This document shows, piece by piece, positions 42,401 to 53,499 of a stretch of DNA of 64,000 nt. Both the position numbers and the translations under genes were made by a program. The notes beneath the pieces are model-generated. The model saw nothing but the letters and a program-made list of their open reading frames with translations, was not told the origin of the DNA and ran no database searches. The stretch is taken from NCBI RefSeq assembly GCF_037042905.1, contig NC_087252.1, positions 12,710,001 through 12,774,000 on the forward strand, read 5' to 3'. The first letter of the stretch is position 1. Every line of letters begins with the position of its first letter. Source of the stretch: Lytechinus pictus (Eukaryota).

Positions 42401-45400
42401 CCAGTGGGCCCTGCTATAATTATTACCCAGGCTTTAGCTTGGCTGCCTAGGCGCTCAAAGCATTCAATTAATTTCTTCCTACCAGGTACCCATTCACCTC
42501 ACCTGGGTCCAGTGCAGCACAGTGTGGGTAAATTTCTTGCTGAAGGAAATTACACCATGGCTGGGATATGGGATATACCCAATTTTACCCCCACACTTGT
42601 AATCCACGTCTCCTACCAACATTTTTTTGGTTTAGAGATATAAATTTACAACTTCAAAAGATAAATGAGTGGATGTCAGTCAATTATTTACATGCAATTG
42701 TGAATACTTCAAAAACGAATTATATGTTGCTTGGCATATGCAAGCATCAAACTGATAACTTGAAATTACACTATAATAATTTCGAAATTCCTCAACTTCA
42801 CAATGTAAGATTTTGAAGCGTTTATATGGATGACCATTTGTCTTGGAACTTGGAACCAAAAAGATTGGGATAATAGCTAAACTTCAACGGATACTCCAGG
42901 CTGAAAAAAAAACAATATTTGAACAGGTAGAGAAAAATCAGACAATCAATAAATACAATTTCCGTGGATTTGTATTTTCAATGTGTATTACATATGCTTG
43001 TATTTTTTGTTTTATGTTATACAGAGTCCCAAAGTACAGCCCCCCCCCCCACTTTTTTTTCCAAAACTGTGTACAAAAACGTAAATACTAATCTTAACTG
43101 ACACTGCAAGCACGGAGCGCGAGCGAAATTTTCATTTTTGAATAATGACCTAATCATGTTCTACTTGCAATTATTCCCTTCTTATTTCATTCACGTTTCT
43201 TCCTCCTCTTATCCTTCTTCTTCTTTTTGTTTTACTCCTTTCCTTCCTTTGTCTGGTACATGTACATGCCCGGGGGTGTCCGGGGGTTGATGTCCGGGGG
43301 TAAATGACCGGGGGTAGATGTCCGGGGGTAGATGACGGGGGGTGGACGTCTTGGGGTAGATGTCCGGGGGGTAAATGTCCGGGGGTAAATGTCCGGGGGG
43401 TAAATGACCGGGGGGTAGATGTATGGGGGTAGACGAAGGGGGTGGACGTCCAGGGGGTGGATGTTCGAGGGGTAGATGTCTGATGTAGATGTCCAGGGGG
43501 TAGATGTCCTAGAATCCTTTAACAGTGATGTGCGTCATTCTCATTAATGAATTTCTTTTTTAATATGTCACTATTTACCATGTCTAATATATTTTGCACT
43601 AAGGCCTGCATTACACAAAATAAAATCCTTGATTTGAAAACAAAATTGAACCTGAATAAAAACAATCGTCATAATCTGTAGTGCTCGAATGATAGAGTAC
43701 GTGTAATTGCTATCATAACCTTGTATGGATATGCAATATGCAAAACTCTCAACTTGCAGGACAAATTGTAGAAAATGTGCCATGTAACAGTAATAGGTAC
43801 ATGAACATGTGTATTCACAAACGAATGAAATTAATGAATAAATGAGATGAACAGTTTTTAAAAACACCTAACTAAAAGGCAGACACTTTCAGTCCTGCAG
43901 ACAGGAAAAACATGACTAAGGTAGGCCTAGGGGAACATTTTAACACTTACCGAACCTGATAGCAAAAAAGCAACTGGATGACTTGTTTGCTGGTCGAATG
44001 ATTGAGATGGATCTGAGAGTGTGATTCAACTTTTATTCACTTTTTCTTCATGAGATTGTTTACGAACGTTACCATGTGAACATGCAAAACAAAGACTATG
44101 ATGTCCGTTGGTGCATTAAACTGTATCCATAGTGATTGCATTCACTGGATACTGGGCGAGATATTCAACAATTGATAAATGAGAGCTGCTATCTGAGGGG
44201 CGCCTGATAATGACTTTGCTACATTAGAAGGAATAACAAAATAATTCAGTTTTATTCATTTAGTTGTTCATAGCCTTCCGAAAATTAACTGCATATGAAA
44301 AATTAGGCTATGTTGTTAACTCTGTGAAAGATACATGTGCCATTTACTGCGTCTAGACGCAGCACTTTCACCCATCATCTCCTTGTAGCCAATACTTTAA
44401 CTCACACTTTCAATCCACAAGTCTACATCCAGATTTCTCAGGCAATTTTCCCAATCCATACTTGTAGCCAACATATCTAATCCACACTTTGATTCCATCT
44501 TATCCACTCGCATTGCTTACCAACATCCAACAACGCACATGCACACTACCCGTCTTCATCTCACCTCAACCCATATCTCATTATTAACCAAATCTTTCAA
44601 CCCACATAATGTATGTAATCCACTTTACCGACCCACACTATCAATCTACCTTTCCTATTACACATTAAACCTTAATCATCCCTTCTTACCCACCGATACT
44701 TCAAACCCACATCTCCTATCCATGCCACAAACCTTCATCCCCGCCCAAACCTATGATCCACATCTCCTATCCACAGCTTAAACCTTCATCTCCGCCACTT
44801 TCATAACCAACTTTACACACCTACACTTGTAATCCACATCTCTTGACTACACCTCAAACCTTCATCTTCGCCCGCACTTTTGACCAATCTTACCAACCCA
44901 CACTTATAATCCACATTTCCTATCCACACCTAAAACCATTATATCTCACTCACACTCATAACCAACCGTACCTTCCTACACTTCTAATCTACACCTATTA
45001 ACTACACCTCAACCCTTCATAGCTACCCATATCTATACCCCCTTTATCCACCCACACTTCTAATGAAAACCCCTGTCATGACCATATTTCAGACGTTCAT
45101 ATCCACCCACACTTATAACCCACCTTTCCCACCCACACTCCTCATCCATATTTCCTATCCTCCTATCCACACCTCAAAGCTTCATCCCCCTACGCCTGTA
45201 AGTCACCTTTCGCAATCACACTTTAATCTATCTTACCTACCCACACCTCAAAACTTCATCTTCACCCATTCTAATAACCCACTTTACCCACCCACACTTC
45301 TAATCCAAATCTCCTATCGACACTTCAAAATTTAATCTCCACCCACACATCTAACCCTTTTTACCCACCAACATTTCTAATCCACATCTTGTATCTACAG

Positions 45401-48400
45401 CCTAAACCTTCAACTCCTACCACACCCATAACCCACTTTACCAACCTACAATTCTCATTCACACCTCTTAACTACACTTCAACACATCATCTCTACCCAC
45501 TTTACCCACCCATACTTCTAATCTACATGTCCCTATTCTATCCACACATCAAAGCCTCATCCCCACCCGTACCTGTAAGCCACCTTACGCAATCACACTT
45601 TTACAATACCTACCCACACCTAAAAACTTAATCCTCACCCACACTTGTAACCCACTTTACCCACCCATTTTTAATCCACAGCTTAAACACTCACCTCCTA
45701 CCATATTTATAATACCCGCCCATCCACACTTCTAATCCACATCTCCTACCCATACCTCAAACCTTCATATTAACCCACTCTTATAATGATAATAATAACA
45801 ATATAGGTATATGAACCCAGGGAAGCCACTTCAGTTCCAAAAACTGTTCTCCCAGTGGGCCCTGCTATAATTATTACCCAGGCTTTAGCTTGGCTGCCTA
45901 GGCGCTCAAAGCATTCAATTAATTTCTTCCTACCAGGTACCCATTCACCTCACCTGGGTCCAGTGCAGCACATTGTGGATAAATTTCTTGCTGAAGGAAA
46001 TTAAACCATGGCTGGGATATGGGATATACCCAATTTTACCCCCACACTTGTAATCCACGTCTCCTACCAACATTTTGTTGGTTTAGAGATATAAATTTAC
46101 AACTTCAAAAGATAAATGAGTGGATGTCAGTCAATTATTTACATGCAATTGTGAATACTTCAAAAACGAATTATATGTTGCTTGGCATATGCAAGCATCA
46201 AACTGATAACTTTGAAATTACACTATAATAATTTCGAAATACCTCAACTTCACAATGTAAGATTTTGAAGCGTTTATATGGATGACCATTTGTCTTGGAA
46301 CTTGGAACCAAAACGATTGGGATAATAGCTAAACTTCAACGGATATTCCAGGCTGAATATAACAATATTTGAACAGGTAGAGAAAAATCAGACAATCAAT
46401 AAATACAATTTCCGTGGATTTGTATTTTCAATGTGTATTGTATATGCTTGTATTTTTTGTTTTATGTTATACAGAGTCCCAAAGTACAGCCCCCCCCCCC
46501 CACTTTTTTTCCAAAACTGTGTACAAAAACGTAAAAACTAATCTTAACTGACACTGCAAGCACGGAGCGCGAGCGAAATTATCATTTTTGAATAATGACC
46601 TAATCATGTTCTACTTGCAATTATTCCCTTCTTATTTCATTCACGTTTCTTCCTCCTCTTATCCTTCTTCTTCTTTTTGTTTTACTCCTTTCCTTCCTTT
46701 GTCTGGTACATGTACATGCCCGGGGGTGTCCGGGGGTAGATGTCCGGGGGTAGATGACGGGGGGTGGACGTCCGGGGGTTGATGTCCGGGGGTGTCCGGG
46801 GGTAGATGTCCGGGGGTAGATGACGGGGGTGGACGTCCGGGGGTAGATGTCCGGGGGTTAAATGTCCGGGGATAAATGTCCGGGGGTAAATGACCGGGGG
46901 GTAGATGTATGGGTGTAGACGACGGGGATGGACGTCCAGGGGGTAGATGTCCTAGAATCCTTTAAGAGTGATGTGCGTCATTCTCATGAATGAATTTCTT
47001 TTTTAATAAGTCACTATTTACCATGTCTAATATATTTTGCACTAAGGCCTGCATTACACAGAATAAAATCCTTGATTTGAAAACAAAATTGAACCTGAAT
47101 AAAAACAATCGTCATAATCTGTAGTGCTCGAATAATAGAGTACGTGTAATTGCTATCATAACCTTGTATGGATATGCAATATGCAAAACCCTCAACTTGC
47201 AGGACAAATTATAGAAAATGTGCCATGTAACAGTAATAATTTCCTGAACATGTGTATTCACAAACGAATGAAATTAATGAATAAATGAGATGAACCGTTT
47301 TTAAAAACACCTAACTAAAAGGCAGACACTTTTAGTCCTGCAGACAGGACACTTACCGAACCTGATAGCAAAAAGGCAACTGGATGACTTGTTTGCTGGT
47401 CGAATGATTGAGATGGATCTGAGGGTGTGATTCAACTTGTATTCACTTTCTCTTCATGAGATTGTTTACGAACGTTACCATGTGAACATGCAAAACAAAG
47501 ACTATGATGTCCGTTGGTGCATTAAACTGTATCCATGGTGATTGAATTCACTGCATACTGGGCGAGATATTCAACAATTGATAAATGAGAGCTGCTATCC
47601 GAGGTGCGCCTGATAATGACTTTGCTACATTAGAAGGAATTACAAAATAATTAAGTTTTATATATTTAGTTGTTTATAGCCTTCCGAAAATTAACTGCAT
47701 ATGAAAAATTATGTTTTTTAATTCTGTGAAAGATATATGTGCCAGTTACTGCGTCTAGACGCAGCACTTTCACCCATCATCTCCTTGTAGCCAATACTTT
47801 AACTCACACTTTTAATCCACAAATCTACATCCAGATTTCTCAGGCTATTTTCCCAAACCATACTTGTAGCCAACATATCTAATCCACACGTCAAATCCAC
47901 ACTTTGAACCCATCTTATCCACTCGCATTGCTTACCAACATCCAACAACCGACATGCACACTTCCCGTCTTCATCTCACCTAAACCCATATCTCATTATT
48001 ACCCAAATCTTTCAACCCACATAATGTATGTAATCCACTTTACAGACCCACACTATCAATCTACCTTTCCTATTACACATTAAACCTTCATCGACCCATT
48101 TTACCCACCCATACTTCAAACCCACATCTCCTATCCACACCTCAAACCTTCATCCCCACCCAAACCTATAATCCACATCTCCTATCCACAGCTTGAACCT
48201 TCATCTCCGCCACTTTCATAACCCACTTTACCCACCAACACTTGTAATCCACATCTCTTGATTACACCTCAAACCTTCATCTTCGCCCGCACTTTTGACC
48301 AATCTTACCAACCCACACTTATAACCCACATCTCCTATCCACACCTCAAAAATTCATCCCCGCCCAAACTTATAATCTACATCTCCTATCCTCAGCTTAA

Positions 48401-49129
48401 ACCTTCATCTCCGCCACATTCATAACCCTCTTTACCCACCCACACTTGTAATCCACATCTCTTGACTAAACCTCAAACCGTCATCTTCGCCCACACTTTT
48501 GCCCTATCTTACCAACCCACACTTATAATCCACATTTCCTATCCACACCTAAAACCATTATATCTCACTCACACTCATAACCAACCGTACCTACCCACAC
48601 TTCTAATCTACACCTATTAACTACACCTCAACCCTTCATAGCTACCCATATCTATACCCCCTTTATCCACCCACACTTCTAATGAAAACCCCTGTCATGA
48701 CCATATTTCAAACGTTCATATCCACCCACACTTATAACCCACCTTTCCCACCCACACTCCTCATCCATATTTCCTATCCTCCTATCCACACCTCAAAGCT
48801 TCATCTCCCCACGCCTGTAAGTCACCTTTCGCAATCACACTTTAATCTATCTTACCTACCCACACCTCAAAACTTCATCTTCACCCATTCTAATAACCCA
48901 CTTTACCCACCCACACTTCTAATCCACATCTCTTGATTACACCTCAAACCGTCATCTTCGCCCACACTTTTGCCCTATCTTACCAACCCACACTTCTAAT
49001 CCACATTTCCTATCCACACCTAAAACCATTATATCTCACCCACACTTATAACCAACCGTACCTACCCACACTTCTAATCTACACCTATTAACTACACCTC
49101 AACCCTTCATCTATACCCACTTTATCTCC

Positions 49130-50163
49130 CTTGGTGAGAACGTGAAGTGCGCTCAGTTGCAAGAAATATTGACCTTATAGAGGCAATTCAAAGACAATGC
49201 CATTAAACGGATATGTGTCTCGCTGATCAAATAATGCCAGTGCGAAGACCTAAATAAGGGACATTATAAGCAAATTTTGGTAATCATGATACGTACAAAA
49301 GAAAAATTTGAGCGCAAAGCGCGAGCTGAAATTTTTGTATATATTGACCCCCAAAACATGGACATTTTAAGGACTATATTTTAGGAATCCATTTAGAGTA
49401 TACATATCTCACCATAGTCATCTAATGCGAGTGTCAAGCGCTTGCCGATTATGTTAGAATGGCAGCGAAACACAGAAACACTTTATGAAGTCATTGTATC
49501 CATGCGCATTTCAATATTGCGAAGCGCGAGGTGAAAATTTAGGAAATTCAGATCTGAAGAGGGGCATTTTAAGGCTTGTTTGTACAAAGGAAATCACCAA
49601 CCAGGTGATGCGAGCGTGAAGGGCGAGCTGAAAGTTTTTGATATTTAGATCAGAAAAAGTGAAATTTTAAGGACTGATATTAGGAATTCATGAAGAGCAG
49701 ACATATTTCACTAATCTACTAATGCGAACGTAAGCACGGACAGGAAATGTTTTATATTAAGACCTTAAAATGGGGCAATCACTTTAAGTAGCCATGACAA
49801 AGAAACATATGTCACTACATAAAACAATAATATCTCGCAGTGCGAGAATTGACTTGAAAACGGGAGGTTTTAGTGCAACAGGATTATATATCTCGTTAAA
49901 CAGACAATGCGAGCAACAGGAACAATAAAGACATAGGCACTGAGCAAATTATGTTTCATAAAGTTATGACAAAATGTTTTCTTATGTAATATAAAATAAC
50001 ATAACTATACTACATGTATAACATTATAATGAACAATAATTCTTCTTTCCCAATAATGTTTTTCCTCCTTTCTCCCTTTTATCCTTGTCCGCGTTTTTTT
50101 TTTGGCCAGCGGATGGGGGGGGGGGGGACACGTGCTTACATTGCCCCAGTCGTTACGCCACTG
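49130..50163. mobile_element. Non-autonomous DNA transposon remnant with a CAGTGGCGTA-type terminus
   Basis: Ends GGGGGGGG..TGCCCCAGTCGTTACGCCACTG (minus strand CAGTGGCGTAACG). Internal degenerate GCGAAGCGCGAGCTGAAA repeats. The other terminus is not seen. Confidence 0.6.
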
Positions 50164-50299
50164 TCAACCTTACTTCCGACTCATATTCATCATAATCAGC
50201 TCTATTTACATTTCTTTATTAATCCCCCCAAATTTGTTTTTAAATACTCTATTAACAAGACTTTCACATTCCATTTTTACACAAACTTCCTGCCGTTGG

Positions 50300-50777
50300 A
50301 GAGGCCATCATGGGTTGGTCAAGGGGGGCGAAGCGGCCGCCCGCCCGCCCGCCCCCCCCCCCCCCCCCCATTGGCGGTGCAAAATAGGAAGGTGAGAAGA
50401 AAAATAAAAAGAAAGATAGGACGAGGAAGAATAATTTGAAAAAAGAGAAAACTTTCAGGTCATTGTATAAATATAAAAATACAAATGAATATTCGCTCGC
50501 GCTTTGCATTAATACACAGCCATCTCTTTATTTCAAAACGTGCTTAAAACTTTTTCACTTTTTAGATCGAAATATATAAAATCAAATCATTTATTTAGGA
50601 AGAAATCCATCTCTTTCATAATGTGTAGGTTTAAATTTTTAAAAAGAAATTAACTTGCGCTTTGCGCTCGCATTGTTTGAGATAAAATGCTTGTTCTTTA
50701 TTTCAAAAGTGCTTGAAAGATCCAGATTTCAGATATGAATAAAAAAAAATCATTTAGCGCTTCGCACTCGCATCAGT
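50300..50777. repeat. Left part of a repeat element continuous with the 107-bp satellite family, split by the RTE insertion
   Basis: G-run/C-run head followed by degenerate CGCGCTT(C/T)GCGCTCGCAT motifs (~50495, 50655, 50757), which resume after 53326. Confidence 0.55.
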
Positions 50778-50784
50778 CCAAGGA

Positions 50785-50970
50785 GGATCACAACCTTGAT
50801 GAGGTCTTGGAGCTTGTGTGTCTCAGTGACCCAAAGAGCTATGCTGGCTGGAGCTTCGGCTCCTGTTAGGGTCACCCAAGCCAGACAGGTCAAAGGGTAG
50901 AGTCCAGACTAAGAGTGATCCCTGGCCCTCCAGGTTGGGGGTTGGGCACAGGGCTAACAACCCTGTCCCA
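50785..50970 (+). ncRNA. Structured RNA element in the RTE 5' UTR (function unassigned)
   Basis: Helices GGATCAC/GTGATCC (50785-50791/50915-50921), TGACC/GGTCA, CTGGCT/AGCCAG and a GGAGC-UUCG-GCTCC tetraloop hairpin (50850-50863). Then CCTGG/CCAGG and GGGTTG/CAACCC hairpins. Confidence 0.55.
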
Positions 50971-51058
50971 TAGAAAACAGTGCGTTACGGAGACAGCAAC
51001 GAATATAACCAACACTTCTCGGCGTGATGGGCTTTTAAAGTCATCAGCAGATGCATCT

Positions 51059-53314
51059 ATGATTGGCAATGGTGAAAGCCGGAAGAAAGCCATTGACAGG
51101 AAATCGGAAGTCCTAAATGCCAAACATAGAACTAAGATAGGATTTTGGAATGTAAGGACAATGTTTGAAACAGGGAAGCTTGCACAAGTTACTTCAGAAA
51201 TGAGAAACTATCAGATTGATCTTCTTGGAATAAGCGAAATTAGGTGAACAGGATCTGGAAAGAATATCACTAACACCGGAGAGACTGTCATGTTCTCTGG
51301 GAGAGATGACAACCAGCATCACAAAGGAGTTGCAATCATATTGAGGAAAGGAGTAGAAAAAAAGCTTGATGGAATGGGAACCTATCAACAGTAGGCTGAT
51401 CAAAGTCAGGTTGAAGGGAAAGCATGTAAATACCACAATTCTACAATGTTATGCGCAAACAAATGATAGTGACGATGTTAATAAAGATAATTTTTATGAG
51501 CAAGTACAAGCTGAACTAAGTAAAATCCCAGAACATGACATGAAAATTATAATGGGAGACTTGAATGCAAAAGTCGGGAATGATAACACAAGTCATGAAA
51601 GAGTAATGGGAAAACATGGCTGCGGAAGTATGAATGACAACGATGAAAGGCTGATCGACCTTTGTGCGGCCAATGACTTTGTCATAGGAGGAACAATTTT
51701 CCCACATAAAGACATTCACAAACGTACTTGTACTTCGCCTAATAACAGAGATAAAAACCAGATTGACCATATCATGATAAATGGCACATGGAGACGTTCA
51801 CTCCTTGATGTAAAGGTGATGAGAGGGGAAGATGTCAGCAGTGACCACTATCTGGTTATAGCATCGTTTGAAGAGACAAAATCAGGAAACAAAAAGTCAG
51901 GAAGGAGACAGTTTAATGTTGAAAAACTGAAAGACCCCAAGGTCAGAAGCTCCTTTATACTCCAACTACAGAACAGGTTCCAGACCCTTGCTGGTCTTGA
52001 TGACACTATGCAAGAAGTAAACGATATATGGGATAGAACCAAGACAGCATACAACGAGACAAGTAAAACATGTCTGGGGTACAGAGTGAAGGAGGAGAAG
52101 AAGGATTGGATATCGGCGGACACATGGGAAACAATAAAGAAACGAAAAGAAATAAAGAAACTTGTCATAAACTCAAAGTCTGAAAGGCTAAAACAGAGAT
52201 ACAGCCGACAGTATCAGGAAGCTAACAAGCAAGTAAAGAAAAAAAGCAAGAACTGACAAAAGGAAGTACTTGGACAGTCTCGCAGATGAAGCAGAAGCTG
52301 CAGCAAAGAAAGGAGAACAAGGAAAAGTGTATAAACTTACCAAGATAATCAGCGGAAGGAACAAAGGAGCAACAGATGCACCAATTCTTAGTAAACAAGG
52401 AAATATTCTTACAACAGAAGCAGAAAGAGATGCTAGATGGGCAGAGCATTTCAGTGAAGTACTGAATAGATCACCACCATTAACCGATGCAGACATCCAA
52501 GAGGCAGAAGAGGATCTCAACACAAACATTGACCCTCCATCTAAATGGGAAATAGTATCTGCCGTTAAATCTTTGAGAAATGGTAAATCTCCTGGACATG
52601 ACAACTTAAACGCAGAATTATTCAACGCTCACCCAGAGGCTACCGCAGAATTTTTTGAACCATTATTTAAAGCAGTGTGGAGTAAAAAGCAAATTCCAGT
52701 TGACTGGTCACAAGGTATTATTGTCAAAATTCCAAAGAAAGGGAACCTGAGAAACTGCAATAACTGGCGTGGAGTCACCCTCTTATCGATTCCTAGTAAG
52801 ATTTTTTCGAAGATAATTGTGAACCGTATAACAAGTGCAGTAGACCGGCATTTCAGAGAAGAGCAAGCAGGATTCCGCAGAGGAAGAGGATGCATAGATA
52901 AATATTTGCACTGCGTAACATCATAGAACAGTGCACATAATGGCAGAGACAAATGTATATAAACTATGTCGATTTTGAGAAACCATTTGACAGCATCCAT
53001 AGAGAGAGCTTGTGGCAAATACTTCGTTCGTACGGGATACTAAAGGACATTGTCCAAATTATTAAGAGCTTTTAGTCTAATTTTACATGCAACGTTGGAA
53101 ATCGTGACATAAAATTTGAAGTAAAATCGGGAGTTAGACAGGGATGTGTCAGAAAGAGGGGGCGGCCCATTATCACATGGCGCAGAACACTAGAGGGAGA
53201 ACTAAAACACTTAATGCACACATGGAGAACTATACAGATCTTGGCCCAGGACCGACAGAAATGGAGGACATTCGTTGCTGCCCTACATGCCAATGGAGGT
53301 ATAGCAGGCAGTAA
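51059..53314 (+). pseudogene. RTE ORF (APE endonuclease + partial RT) with stops, frameshifts and a large deletion
   Basis: IGFWNVRTM, LGISEIR, MGDLNAKVG, NQIDHI, SDHYLV (endonuclease); KSPGHD, PKKGNL..CNNWRGVTLLS, EEQAGFR, VDFEK.FDS, GVRQGC (RT). It then jumps directly to the C-terminal RKRGRP..TWRRT. Confidence 0.92.
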
Positions 53315-53499
53315 GTAAGTAAGAAACCCGCATCAGTAATATGGTTGAGTCAGATAATATCTTGTTTATTGCTATAAGGTGAAAAGAAATGACTTTTGGT
53401 AGAAAAAAAAACAGGATACACTTTGCGCTCACATCAATTAAAATTTAGTTAGATAGCTTCCCTGTCCTTGATTTTAAAATATGCTAATAATACCAATTT

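Larger units (their letters stand above)
7547..49128. repeat. 3.37-kb macrosatellite, ~12.3 tandem units
   Basis: A marker ORF starts at 7740, 11114, 14487, 18008, 21379, 24749, 28121, 31493, 34864, 38236, 41612, 45063, 48682. Periods are 3370-3376 bp except 3521, 3451 and 3619. Units are nearly identical. Confidence 0.98.
50778..53325 (+). mobile_element. RTE-clade non-LTR retrotransposon, near full-length 5' end, internally deleted
   Basis: TSD CGCATCAGT (50769-50777 and 53329-53337; 12 bp with one mismatch), (GTAA)3 tail at 53311-53323, RTE-type 5' UTR, and APE endonuclease plus RT homology. Confidence 0.93.

Noticed and set aside
7454-48936. Dozens of recurring 70-137-aa ORFs (H/P/T-rich, GHLPP repeats)
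   Set aside because: They are translations of low-complexity minisatellites and SINE/LINE debris. Frames open and close with homopolymer length, and several start at non-ATG codons.
50014-50509. Overlapping 81-141-aa ORFs with poly-Gly/Pro
   Set aside because: They derive from G and C homopolymer runs at repeat-element termini.
50915-50970. HDV-like ribozyme in the RTE leader
   Set aside because: GGCTAA and CCTCC are suggestive, but I could not build the nested double pseudoknot (P1/P1.1/P2/P3); two simple hairpins explain the sequence.
51194-53293. Minus-strand ORFs over the RTE element (and over the LINE at 147-1669)
   Set aside because: They are antisense shadows of retrotransposon coding sequence with no recognisable motifs.
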